A DNA stretch of 64,000 nt, taken from positions 203,706 through 267,705 of the forward strand of contig DAIDBH010000014.1 in assembly GCA_027310185.1 (NCBI GenBank), written 5' to 3'. This stretch comes from Thermoplasmatales archaeon (GTDB lineage: Archaea > Thermoplasmatota > Thermoplasmata > Thermoplasmatales > Thermoplasmataceae). A program made the position numbers and the translations under genes. The stretch's first letter is position 1. Every line of letters begins with the position of its first letter. Below are positions 9,511 to 19,123 of the stretch, one piece after another. Below the pieces are notes generated by a model. The model did not search any database. It was given only the letters and a program-made list of their open reading frames with translations, and had not been told where the DNA came from.

Positions 9511-9718
9511 GACTATCCTAACCAAATTTATTATAAATTAGTTTTGCTCGTGTTAAATACTTATTATAAATGACTAACATTGATGAATTCAATGACAGAA
9601 TAGTCATTTTGTCTTTATAACGCTCACATAAACACTGCGAATTATAAGGTCAAAGAATTGAACTTATATTCCTTGAAAACCCTTAAATAGACTGCTAAAA
9701 TGGATCAATGATGATGTT

Positions 9719-10717
9719 ATGAAAATAAGGAATCTTGGAAAGACTGGGTTAAAGGTTACTGAACTGTGCATGGGAACCATGACGTTTGGAAATCAGAGCG
9801 ACAAAAAGACATCGTTTCAGATACTTGATAAAGCATACAATGCTGGAATAAATTTTATTGATACGGCAGATGCTTATCCTCTTGGAAAGGATTTCAAATA
9901 CGCGGGTGCCACCGAATCAATTATTGGCGAGTGGATAAAGGGTAAAAGAGATGATATAGTTCTTGCCTCTAAATGTTTCATGCCAACCGGTCCCGGTCCT
10001 AATGACAGGGGTATGAGCAGAAAGCATATAATGAGCGCCATAGACAGAACTCTTGAAAGACTGGGAACAGATTATCTTGATCTTTACCAGATTCATAACT
10101 TCGATCCTTCTACCCCCATTGAAGAAATGATGAGTGCCTTTGATGATCTTGTCCATCAGGGAAAGATCAGGTATGTGGGTGTTTCCAACTGGAGGTCCTG
10201 GCAGGTTGCAAAGGCAAACGGCATAGCAGATAAGAACAATTTCGCCAGAGTGGTAAGCGTTCAACCAAGATACAACCTGTTGTTCAGGATGATTGAGGAT
10301 GATATAGTTCCAATGACCCTTGATGAAGGCGCAGGTATAATGAGTTTCAACCCTCTGGCGGGTGGAATGCTCACAGGACGTTACAGAAAGGATTCAACAC
10401 CTGAAAGTGGCACACGGTTTGCCCTTGAAAACAATGCAGGAGATCTTTATCAGGAGCGTTACTGGCAAAGTGCAACTTTTGATGTGGTTGAGGATTACCT
10501 TGCCTGGTGCAGGGGGCAGGATCTTGATCCTGTCAGCACTGCAGTCCACTGGGTAACCCAGCAACCTGGCATAACTTCGGCAATTATTGGAGCCAGCAGG
10601 GTTGAACAGATTGATGGCAGCCTGAAGGCAGCAGATGTTGAAGACCTGACTCAGGAACAATTAAAATGGCTTGATCAGCTGTGGTACAGATTGCCAAGAA
10701 GGAAGGAAGTCAGATAG
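9719..10717 (+). CDS. Aldo/keto reductase
   Basis: LGKTGLKVTELCMGTMTFG, GINFIDTADAY, LGTDYLDLYQIH, GKIRYVGVSN. Confidence 0.95.
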   Translation: MKIRNLGKTGLKVTELCMGTMTFGNQSDKKTSFQILDKAYNAGINFIDTADAYPLGKDFKYAGATESIIGEWIKGKRDDIVLASKCFMPTGPGPNDRGMSRKHIMSAIDRTLERLGTDYLDLYQIHNFDPSTPIEEMMSAFDDLVHQGKIRYVGVSNWRSWQVAKANGIADKNNFARVVSVQPRYNLLFRMIEDDIVPMTLDEGAGIMSFNPLAGGMLTGRYRKDSTPESGTRFALENNAGDLYQERYWQSATFDVVEDYLAWCRGQDLDPVSTAVHWVTQQPGITSAIIGASRVEQIDGSLKAADVEDLTQEQLKWLDQLWYRLPRRKEVR

Positions 10718-10841
10718 GCAAGATACCGGGTAACAATTTTCCCTAATTTACCAGTTAACCTGAAATATATAAATAGAGTTGCTTTCACATGAGGTCTATA
10801 TGATGGTATTTACTGGATTTTAATTTGTGCTGCCTGATATT

Positions 10842-11618
10842 TTATTGAACAAGAGCGACTTCTTTTTCTCTTACCAGCATTCTTCTCTGCATATAGATTA
10901 CTGCGAATGATACGACTGAAAAAATATCAAGATAGATGAAGTAGATGTTATCCGAAGGAGATAATAGAGAATTGAGAATCCTGAAACTCCCGTATCCAAT
11001 GTAAATGAGAAAAATGAACCGGATAAGATACCCTGTTGTTATAGAAATGGTAAAGTTTGAAAATTTCATCTTCAATATCCCTGCTCCAAGAGCAAAAAGA
11101 ACCTTGCCATAGGGTATGAATGTTGAGATAAAAATAGAGAACGTTCCATGTGTTGCGATCCAGTCATCTGCCTTATTGATGTCTTTTTCCCTTATCTTGA
11201 TCTTTGATAGTGCTTTAAGTAAAAGTTCTCTTCCAGCGAATCTCCCACTGAGATATTCAATCAACGAAACGAAAAGCATGGCCAGTACTGAAACAAAGAG
11301 TGTGGCATAAACGTTAAACAGGCCGACAAAAGCGAGATACCCGTAGAACGGCACCAGTATATCGTCAGGCAATGGGCCAAAAGCTATTATAATAAACATC
11401 CCGAAATAACCAAGCCTGTAGATGGGTTCAAAGGCGCCGAAACTTACATTCTTTAGATTTATATCAGTGCTGATATAATGGAAATATCCATTTGCTATAT
11501 CCAGAGAGCTGAGGATGATGAACACAATCAGTAATGTTTCAGCATAAAGGTAATACCTGTTCAGATTTGATCTCAGGAACCTGTACAAATCAAGAAATGT
11601 TTCACTGGTCGTATTCAT
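10842..11618 (-). CDS. DedA/VTT family membrane protein
   Basis: PLPDDILVPFYGYLA, YLSGRFAGR and SIFISTFIP...AGILKM motifs. Confidence 0.82.
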   Translation of the reverse strand: MNTTSETFLDLYRFLRSNLNRYYLYAETLLIVFIILSSLDIANGYFHYISTDINLKNVSFGAFEPIYRLGYFGMFIIIAFGPLPDDILVPFYGYLAFVGLFNVYATLFVSVLAMLFVSLIEYLSGRFAGRELLLKALSKIKIREKDINKADDWIATHGTFSIFISTFIPYGKVLFALGAGILKMKFSNFTISITTGYLIRFIFLIYIGYGSFRILNSLLSPSDNIYFIYLDIFSVVSFAVIYMQRRMLVREKEVALVQ

Positions 11619-11710
11619 CCACTATAACTGATTATATCACCTGTGTATTTAAGGAATATAGCTGACTCATGACTCTAATATGATTCCGTTATACTATTTT
11701 CTAAGTGATT

Positions 11711-12442
11711 TCAGCTGGTAGGTGCCTGTTCTGGACTGTAGTGGATTCTTCCCTTCTCCTTATACATGAACTTATATGAAAGAGCTCCTAAAGTTCCACC
11801 TATTACTGGAGCTACCCAGTATATCCACTGATAATACTGTCCTTTTAGTAATATCCCCGACAGTACTGCAGGTCCAAAGGATCTGGCCGGATTGATAGAA
11901 CCCCCACTTATGGTTGCTAGCATGAATATCATAATTGAAACATATATTCCAATTACAATTGCTATAATTGCAGTATTACTTGTTCTGGAAGTTACTCCCA
12001 TAATGGTCCAGAGGAAGAAGAAAGTCATTATCAGTTCACCTGCAAAGGCGACCCATGGTCCCCTGATCCCTGGAATGGTTGCACCGAACTGAACACTATT
12101 TGCGACGTTATAGCCAAATAAAAGCCCGACTGTTGCTGAGGCCAGTACCGCTCCTATTAACTGCGCAATTATATACTGAAACACATATTTTCCTGGAAAA
12201 CGCCCGGCAAAGAACATTGCTATGGTAACGGCAGGATTGACATGTCCTCCAGAAATGTTTGCAACTGCCATGATGCCGATGGAAATCCCCAGTCCGAAGG
12301 TGATGGCAAGATAGAAAAGCGTTGATGGATTGAGAGTTTGATTGAAAGCAGCGATGAAAGCGACGACGCTCCCTGGCCCAAAAAGGACGAAAATATAAGT
12401 TCCAACGAGTTCAGCCAACGATTTCCTGATGATATCTGCCAT
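11711..12442 (-). CDS. MIP/aquaporin family channel
   Basis: AELVGT, SGGHVNPAVT and GGSINPARSFGP (two NPA boxes), WIYWVAP. Confidence 0.95.
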   Translation of the reverse strand: MADIIRKSLAELVGTYIFVLFGPGSVVAFIAAFNQTLNPSTLFYLAITFGLGISIGIMAVANISGGHVNPAVTIAMFFAGRFPGKYVFQYIIAQLIGAVLASATVGLLFGYNVANSVQFGATIPGIRGPWVAFAGELIMTFFFLWTIMGVTSRTSNTAIIAIVIGIYVSIMIFMLATISGGSINPARSFGPAVLSGILLKGQYYQWIYWVAPVIGGTLGALSYKFMYKEKGRIHYSPEQAPTS

Positions 12443-12510
12443 ATTCAATAACTAATAAATAAGCATTATAATAATATTTTTAATTTTATTTTTTCCGAAA
12501 ATATACTATT

Positions 12511-12815
12511 GGGGTTTAAGTATTGCGAATCCTCGTGACCTTCTCTCTTAGCTTTCGCAGGGAACTTCCCACTTCAAAGGTTACTGACAAATTCTCAATT
12601 GGCTTGAATTCCCCCGGTCTGAAGGTACTATGTATTTCATGCTAAGCCATCTGACTTTACAGATACAGGCACGTATGAAGCTATATGCAATCCGATCTCT
12701 TTCACTTCTGTCCTCCAGCAAACACACCATAATAATACCTCAGCAAGTTGTAACTGTTTATCCCGCTTTCATCCCCTATCTTTCGAAAAGGGGATTCCCT
12801 CTCGCAAATTTAAAG
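12511..12815 (-). mobile_element. Probable non-autonomous IS200/IS605(tnpB)-derived remnant
   Basis: Perfect hairpin ATCCCCT/AGGGGAT (12771-12795) next to minus-strand TTTAA; frameshifted VPSDR-GEFKPIE tnpB-like tail; GC-rich structured end at 12511-12575; no intact ORF. Confidence 0.55.
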
Positions 12816-12872
12816 AACCAGCTATATAACTAGTCAGCTGCCTTGAATGAGGCTTTGCGTTCATAGAAAAAT

Positions 12873-12978
12873 GACTGAAACCTGTGATAGCGAGACTGAA
12901 ATATAGCAAAAACCAAAGAAAACATAGTGAAACAGAGAACGTCTCGTGACTGAAATTTTATCACATTGCAGACAGAAA
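12873..12978. repeat. Cluster of GACTGAAA-like direct repeats with nested inverted repeats
   Basis: GACTGAAA at 12873, 12894 and 12948; variants TAGTGAAA at 12925 and GACAGAAA at 12971. Confidence 0.5.
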
Positions 12979-13029
12979 TTTAGGATACACAAACAAACAA
13001 TATATGTGATATGGATATTTACGCTGCCC

Positions 13030-14037
13030 ATGGGACGAAACTTGAATTATATAAACAGCCTGGCAGAAAATACACCATCAATACATTATCATTCATATGC
13101 TACCATCCTGCTAATCGCATGTTTAAGTTTCTTTGGGGCAGAGATCCTGACCGGTTCCACAAGTGTCGAGGGAATTTTTCAATATCCTGTATCTTTCCTG
13201 ATGGGTCTCGCTTTCTATGGATTCCAGATCACAATCATTGCTGACATTTCGGCTAGATACAACCTCAAATTAGGTACTATTTACATATTAGGACTTATTT
13301 ATGGAATTCTTGAAGAAGGTATATCCATATTTACGATGGAGGCTACCGGCGCACATAAATTATGGCTTACCGCATTTGGACTGAACCTCACGTGGACCCT
13401 ATATGTTATGATACTTCATGCTGTAGTCACAGTTATTACAACCCTTTTTATCCTAAGGGTTATCTGGCCTAAAAAACTGCAGAATCCAATTCTGTCCAAA
13501 AGGAACTATATGATCATGGTTCCCGTAATCATGTTAATTTATTACTTTTTGATGGTTGCTTCCATTTCTGCAGGAAGAGTGCCTGGAATTCTGCCAGTTA
13601 TTCTTCTCATTTTGCTGCTTTTTGTATTGATCTTTGCAGCATGGAAAAATTCTCAAATAGAAAGAATGAGGAAAAAAGAAAGAATAGGTACCGGGGTAAA
13701 ATACGGCGTTTTAATCCCATTCGCTGCTGGAATGATTCTTCCCTTCATTCTCGGAAACCGCCTTCCAGAAATTTTAATCCCGGAAACTTTGGCACTGCTT
13801 CTTTTAACGGTCTACCTCTTTCTATATTTCAACAGGTTTGACACTATAGTGAACATTAAAAGGAAATTTCTATGGTCCTTTAGCTCAATCATTCTTATTA
13901 TAATGCTAGTTGGAGGTAGTTTTAACAGAACTGTTCCCAGTGATGTATTGGCGATAATTGCATGCGTCATTATCATTCTATTTGGGTACCTGAAAGTCAG
14001 AAGAACTGAAAATAATAAAAAGTGTGTAATTTCCTGA
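13030..14037 (+). CDS. Hypothetical polytopic membrane protein
   Basis: About 10 hydrophobic segments; AEILTGST and GLIYGILEEGI motifs; ATG at 13030 preferred. Confidence 0.75.
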   Translation: MGRNLNYINSLAENTPSIHYHSYATILLIACLSFFGAEILTGSTSVEGIFQYPVSFLMGLAFYGFQITIIADISARYNLKLGTIYILGLIYGILEEGISIFTMEATGAHKLWLTAFGLNLTWTLYVMILHAVVTVITTLFILRVIWPKKLQNPILSKRNYMIMVPVIMLIYYFLMVASISAGRVPGILPVILLILLLFVLIFAAWKNSQIERMRKKERIGTGVKYGVLIPFAAGMILPFILGNRLPEILIPETLALLLLTVYLFLYFNRFDTIVNIKRKFLWSFSSIILIIMLVGGSFNRTVPSDVLAIIACVIIILFGYLKVRRTENNKKCVIS

Positions 14038-14166
14038 TCATAATATCAATCTTGAAAGAACTCTGTTGAAATCGCATAAAAATTCGAATGCAGATTTGGA
14101 TCATCTATGTATTGTTATCGAAAATCGCAACCTCCTTTAATATCGTCTATTTCCCCCTGAGTAGAA

Positions 14167-14239
14167 TGGGACCGTTGAGATTTGAACTCAAGTCACTAAC
14201 ACCCCAAGCTAGTAGGATACCAAGCTACCCCACGGTCCC
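14167..14239 (-). tRNA. tRNA-Pro(GGG)
   Basis: GGGACCG acceptor stem, anticodon loop TTGGGGT, GTTCAAATC T-loop; no encoded CCA. Confidence 0.95.
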
Positions 14240-14253
14240 AAAAAGTATATGCC

Positions 14254-14472
14254 TTAGGAGAAAGGCATTATTTCGTCTATAAGTTCGATGTGCGAAAGAA
14301 CCATTCTTCTGCAGCAATATCTTTCAAGCCCGAGCCTGTCCATAATTGCAGAAATTTCATCTGGAGTTGGTTCCCTGTTCCTGGCCCTTATCTGGTTTAA
14401 CTCAGCCTCGAATCGTCTGTAGTCAGAGCCTATAACCCTGCCGCAGCTGAAACATCTTACCGGTATTATCAT
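14254..14472 (-). CDS. rpoN: RNA polymerase subunit Rpo10 (N)
   Basis: MIIPVRCFSCG and RYCCRRM. Confidence 0.97.
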   Translation of the reverse strand: MIIPVRCFSCGRVIGSDYRRFEAELNQIRARNREPTPDEISAIMDRLGLERYCCRRMVLSHIELIDEIMPFS

Positions 14473-14477
14473 TCAGA

Positions 14478-14882
14478 TCACCTGTAAGATTTCTGTCTTT
14501 TGGCTCTGGCTCCTCTTCCCATGGGCTTCTTTGGCAGCTTTCTTCTGATATCGTTAACCATTATGGTCCTGTCATACTGTCTGTATATTTCCTCTATTGT
14601 ATTGTCCTTCAGGAATTTGACTATTCCCTTGGCCATTGCTGTTCTTGCAGCGTCAACCTGTCCTGTCAGCCCACCACCACTTACGGAAATATCCACGTCA
14701 ATTGCACCTGATCTTTCACCTATCAATGCTATTGGCTCCATCAATTTTTCCCTAAGCAAGGCGACAGGATAAAGTTCAACCGGATAATCGTTTATCCTGA
14801 ATTTCCCTGTTCCACTCTTTGTATATGCCCTTGCCGTAGCTGTTTTTCTCTTTCCTGTCGTGATAACTATTTCTTCACTCAA
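14478..14882 (-). CDS. rps9: 30S ribosomal protein S9
   Basis: GKRKTATARA, GGGLTGQ, GARAKRQKSYR. Confidence 0.97.
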   Translation of the reverse strand: MSEEIVITTGKRKTATARAYTKSGTGKFRINDYPVELYPVALLREKLMEPIALIGERSGAIDVDISVSGGGLTGQVDAARTAMAKGIVKFLKDNTIEEIYRQYDRTIMVNDIRRKLPKKPMGRGARAKRQKSYR

Positions 14883-15300
14883 TTACTTTTACCTCCTTTC
14901 CCATTATTTTTGCTACTTCTGTAAGGGTTACAAAACCACTTACCCTGTTATTCTGAGCCTTTTCAAATTTCTCGAATTGCTTATCCTTCAGTTCTGGTGG
15001 TACCCCATCGTAAACAATGCATCTCTTCAGTGCTTCCCTTCCCCTGGCCTTGTCTTTTGGAAGCATATCTCCAATGGATCTCTTGAGAATAGCCTTTGGA
15101 TTTCTTGGATAATAGGGCCCCTTCCTGACGCTCCCTATATCTCTTCTGCTCCTGAACTTCCCTAGTACTGCATCCCTGCCGCCTGTTACCGCTACCTTTG
15201 CAGCGTTCACTATTGTAACTGATTCTCCTTCAAGCAACTTTTTTGCCAGTATAGTTGAAAGCCTGCCATAAACTGCGTTATCCGCATCTACATATATCAT
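14875..15300 (-). CDS. rpl13: 50S ribosomal protein L13
   Basis: DADNAVYGRL, KGPYYPRNP. Confidence 0.96.
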   Translation of the reverse strand: MIYVDADNAVYGRLSTILAKKLLEGESVTIVNAAKVAVTGGRDAVLGKFRSRRDIGSVRKGPYYPRNPKAILKRSIGDMLPKDKARGREALKRCIVYDGVPPELKDKQFEKFEKAQNNRVSGFVTLTEVAKIMGKEVKVIE

Positions 15301-15304
15301 TATC

Positions 15305-15673
15305 TTACCTCATTATTTTTAGATTCTTAGGTTCAGGATTTTCCTTTGCCAGATCAGCCAGGAATACGAATTCAGAGCCAGAATCCTTGATCTTCTTCAT
15401 TGCCTTCTCACTGACATCAAGTGCTGAAATCTTTAATTTCCTTTCCATATATCCGCTTCCAAGCACCTTGCCTGGCACAACAACTATATCTCCATCCTTG
15501 CACATTTTTGATATCTTTCCAACATTTAGATCTGCATAATTTTGCCTTGTCTCGGAGAGCCTCTTTGCAATGTCCCTCCATAGGGGTGACTGGTTTTCCC
15601 TTGACAGTTGGAGAAGGGTTTCAACCGTTTCCATAATTTTAGGGCTTGTTTTTCTTTCTGCTTGTATACTCAT
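15305..15673 (-). CDS. rpl18e: 50S ribosomal protein L18e
   Basis: WRDIAKRL, VVVPGKVLGSG; start at 15673 or 15682. Confidence 0.94.
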   Translation of the reverse strand: MSIQAERKTSPKIMETVETLLQLSRENQSPLWRDIAKRLSETRQNYADLNVGKISKMCKDGDIVVVPGKVLGSGYMERKLKISALDVSEKAMKKIKDSGSEFVFLADLAKENPEPKNLKIMR

Positions 15674-15722
15674 TTTGACCATCGGAATATAAACCTGAAT
15701 GCCCAAGAATTAATAAAGATTT

Positions 15723-16463
15723 TCACGAAGAACCATCTTTTTCATTTCTCATGTCCCTGGATGCGATTTCAATTTTCCTCAGTATACCCATGATTCTATA
15801 AAATTCACTTCTTGCCATGTCGGATCTTGAAATAAGCCTCCTGAACATTACCATTGTGTTTGGAATCTTATGTGCAGGAAAATTGACCTTGCCCATTATA
15901 TTATTTATATTATTCAGCAGAATCTCAATCTCCTCACTTGATGCCCTATCTTTTTCTGGATAGGCAACTTCATCGTTTGACATTGACTCATACAAGATCA
16001 GTGTGACGGCGTGGGATATATTATAAACGGGATATTCTGGATTTCCAGGGATAGTCAGGAAAAAGTCACATAACTCCAGTTCAGAATTTTTCAGTCCATC
16101 CCCTTCCCTTCCGATCACAAGAGCCGTCTTCTTCTCATTCCTGTAATGATCCGACCAGAATACTGAGGGCTTAATTGGTATTCTCCTGTAATCCCTCATG
16201 TTCTCGGATGAAACTGCGGATGTTCCTACCAGAACGTCAAAACGATTCCTTACTTCCCTTAGATCTGGGTAATATTCTGCCTTAGCAAGAAGGTCAGATG
16301 GTTCTTTAGCCCGTGCAAAGGCGTCATCGTCAAAAAATGATGTGCCAACAACTATCAGATCATTGAAAAATGTATTTTTCATTGATCTGGCAACTGCGCC
16401 AATATTGCCCTGAACCTCTGGTTCCACCAGTACGATGGAAACCTGATCCCTGTCCAGTTTCAT
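15723..16463 (-). CDS. trmJ: SPOUT RNA methyltransferase, TrmJ/LasT family
   Basis: VLVEPEVQGNIGAVARSMKN, GREGDGL, IPGNPEYPVYNISHAV. Confidence 0.88.
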   Translation of the reverse strand: MKLDRDQVSIVLVEPEVQGNIGAVARSMKNTFFNDLIVVGTSFFDDDAFARAKEPSDLLAKAEYYPDLREVRNRFDVLVGTSAVSSENMRDYRRIPIKPSVFWSDHYRNEKKTALVIGREGDGLKNSELELCDFFLTIPGNPEYPVYNISHAVTLILYESMSNDEVAYPEKDRASSEEIEILLNNINNIMGKVNFPAHKIPNTMVMFRRLISRSDMARSEFYRIMGILRKIEIASRDMRNEKDGSS

Positions 16464-17224
16464 TGTGCACTGACGCTTTTCTCGTTTTCCTTGTCTGTTG
16501 TTTCTTCTGCAACGGGTTTATCCTGTGCACTGTCTTCCTTTACTTCTTCTTTCACTGGTTCATACTTCTCTGTTATGTAAAGAACAAGGTCCTTCAGATA
16601 TTTTCTTGTTGCTTCAACTACCCTGTATTTTGCATCGAACCACTCTATGTTGAATTTCATGTCTTCCGGGACAACTATCTCCAGATCATTTCCCCTTTCT
16701 TCAATCACAAAGTTATCCGATCCTCTTGAGAAGTTAAGGTCGATTATCCCCTTGAGCTTATCCTTCTTTCCATCCAGCTGCTCAACTAGGGAATATTTAT
16801 AGAAAACGTCCTTTCCAGCCCATGGGTGATTATAGTCGACAACCACTCTACCTGGACTGACAGAGAGTATCCTTCCCCTCTTGTTGTTTATTCTCACTTC
16901 TGCTCCGGGAACAGGATCTATGTTATTTCTCTTGAACTCAGACATGGTATGCACTTTTAGATTCTTTGAATCCCTCATACCATAGGCATTTTCTGCCTTG
17001 ATCTCCACTTCATGCTCTTCTCCAATCTTTGAACCCAGCAGGCTGTCATTTATCTCTTTGAACAGATCCTCTGATCCAACTACAAGAACTCCCTCTCCAT
17101 ACTTCTGATCCGGATCATATATATTGTTCTCTTTTGCTAGTGCTTCATCGCTCGTTGCAACAAGTTGTTTATCTGACCCGACTCTCATTTCGAATTTAAT
17201 TTTTACAAAGTCTCCATTTTCCAT
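16460..17224 (-). CDS. Long-type archaeal FKBP peptidyl-prolyl isomerase (SlyD-like)
   Basis: AENAYG.RD, GRVVVDYNHPWAGK. Confidence 0.92.
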   Translation of the reverse strand: MENGDFVKIKFEMRVGSDKQLVATSDEALAKENNIYDPDQKYGEGVLVVGSEDLFKEINDSLLGSKIGEEHEVEIKAENAYGMRDSKNLKVHTMSEFKRNNIDPVPGAEVRINNKRGRILSVSPGRVVVDYNHPWAGKDVFYKYSLVEQLDGKKDKLKGIIDLNFSRGSDNFVIEERGNDLEIVVPEDMKFNIEWFDAKYRVVEATRKYLKDLVLYITEKYEPVKEEVKEDSAQDKPVAEETTDKENEKSVSAQ

Positions 17225-17303
17225 GGTATCACCGGAATAAGTTATACGTAATTTCAGATATTATTTAAAGGTATTCTGTAAAAATTAAGCTTTTGAAATG
17301 CTT

Positions 17304-19004
17304 TCATGAATAAACGAAGCCAATATCGGAATCTATGAGCACATTATCACCATCTTTGACATCATTGAGCACTATTGTACTGTATATGCACGTTTTCCCT
17401 GCTTTTTGAATTTTCTGTATTACCGATCTTACTGGATTTCCTGTTATTATGAAAGCTTCATAGGAACTGAAATCAAAATTATCTCCTGCAATTTGTTCGC
17501 AGCTTCCCATGTAGATACTTCCATTTCCACTGTTGATTCTTCCAGATACATTCTTTCCTGATGCATATCCTCTGGCAACAAGGATTCCAGCTGTGAGAAC
17601 ACTGACCTGGGCTGTACCTGCAAATAGGTGATCGGGATGACCGGAGATTACAACTATCCTCTCCCCCTTAAGGATCATCCCATCCCTAACCAGTGCATTT
17701 AGAACATCCTTTACAGAGATATCTTCTGTGAAATTTTCCATGACATATGGAAACACTCCACGGTAAAGATTGGTTCTGGATGCAACATATCTTGAAGGTG
17801 TTACGGATATTATTCCAGAGGATGGCCTCATTGATGATGCCATCCTGGCGGTGTTCCCGCCCCTTGTGCATGCTACAATATGATGTGCATTTATCTGGTC
17901 AGAAAGAATCTTTGTTGACCTTGCGACAGAAAACGTTACCCTGCTTCCCGTGAATTCCCTTGGCTCTTCAAAATTATGGTAAAATGACTCCACATATAGT
18001 GAAGTGTCTTTCAGCACTTTCACAGCTTCAAGTGGAAAAGAACCTATTGCTGTCTCTTCAGAGAGCATGAGTGCGTCAGTGTTGTCCAGGATGGCATTTG
18101 TCACGTCTGAAATTTCTGCCCTGGTTGGTGAATCACTTGAAACCATGCTTTCAAGCATCTGGGTTGCTACTATTATTGGTATGCCATTTGAATGTGCCTT
18201 CTGCATTATGTACTTCTGGCTTACTGTTACCTCATGAACAGGCATCTCTACACCGAGATCGCCTCTTGCAACCATTATGGCATCAGTTGCCTTTACTATG
18301 CCGTCTATGTTTTCCATGGCCTGCTTGGTTTCAATTTTGGCAATAAGATGGATGTTTCCCCCCATCTCTCCTATCATGTCATGAACCATGTCTATTTCAT
18401 CACGATTCTGGACGAATGAAAGTGCAATATATTCAACATTTTTTTCAACTGACATCTTCAGGTATTCCTTGTCCCTTTCCTGCAGTATACCCATGGGAAT
18501 GTACCTTCCGGGAATGTTCATTCTTCCGTTGTTTTTCAATATGCCATCAACTGAAGAACTCAATTTGCAGATCCTTTCTCCTTCCCCTGTAACAGTAGTT
18601 CTTATCTTTCCATCCATGAATAGAACTTCATCACCCTTCTTCAGTGAGTTAACCACACCATCAACAGCTATGCAGATGTCAGCTTTTTCATCCTTCTGTC
18701 CCAGAGTATATTCCTTACCTGCTGTAATGGTAATTGTATCTCCCTTCAACAGGGCTCTCAACTCCGGCCCCTTAAGATCGACCATTATGCTCACATACAT
18801 CTTCCTCTCACTGGCCATCCTATCCCTGAAATCCACCAGATTCTGAAGTTCTTCCTTCGTACTGTGTGCAGTGTTCAGCCTGAAACATGTAACCCCAGAT
18901 TCTACCATACTTTCCATTATATTTTCCTTGGAACATGCAGGACCATATGTGGCAACAATCTTGGTCTTAGGTCTCTTTGAAATGTCCATCTTCTGATAAT
19001 TCAT
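17304..19004 (-). CDS. pyk: Pyruvate kinase with a C-terminal extension
   Basis: KTKIVATYGP, DLKGPELR, IAKIE, MVARGDLGVE, ATQMLESM, PTRAE. Confidence 0.96.
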   Translation of the reverse strand: MNYQKMDISKRPKTKIVATYGPACSKENIMESMVESGVTCFRLNTAHSTKEELQNLVDFRDRMASERKMYVSIMVDLKGPELRALLKGDTITITAGKEYTLGQKDEKADICIAVDGVVNSLKKGDEVLFMDGKIRTTVTGEGERICKLSSSVDGILKNNGRMNIPGRYIPMGILQERDKEYLKMSVEKNVEYIALSFVQNRDEIDMVHDMIGEMGGNIHLIAKIETKQAMENIDGIVKATDAIMVARGDLGVEMPVHEVTVSQKYIMQKAHSNGIPIIVATQMLESMVSSDSPTRAEISDVTNAILDNTDALMLSEETAIGSFPLEAVKVLKDTSLYVESFYHNFEEPREFTGSRVTFSVARSTKILSDQINAHHIVACTRGGNTARMASSMRPSSGIISVTPSRYVASRTNLYRGVFPYVMENFTEDISVKDVLNALVRDGMILKGERIVVISGHPDHLFAGTAQVSVLTAGILVARGYASGKNVSGRINSGNGSIYMGSCEQIAGDNFDFSSYEAFIITGNPVRSVIQKIQKAGKTCIYSTIVLNDVKDGDNVLIDSDIGFVYS

Positions 19005-19123
19005 GGATTTAAAAGTGTATTATGGTATAATAAGAAAACTAATGATTCGTTGTGAAGACCTGTTCAGAATTGCATGAATAAACATTGACAAAAATAAATA
19101 ACTTTAGTTTTATCATGATCTGA

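Noticed and set aside
12630-12833. 67-aa ORF on the plus strand
   Set aside because: It lies antisense within the IS-like remnant and has no protein-like features
14167-14190. attL/attR duplication of the tRNA-Pro 3' end
   Set aside because: I found no second copy by eye in this window
17304-17600. C-terminal extension of pyruvate kinase
   Set aside because: Resembles the degenerate swivelling (PEP-utiliser-like) domain already known on some Pyk enzymes
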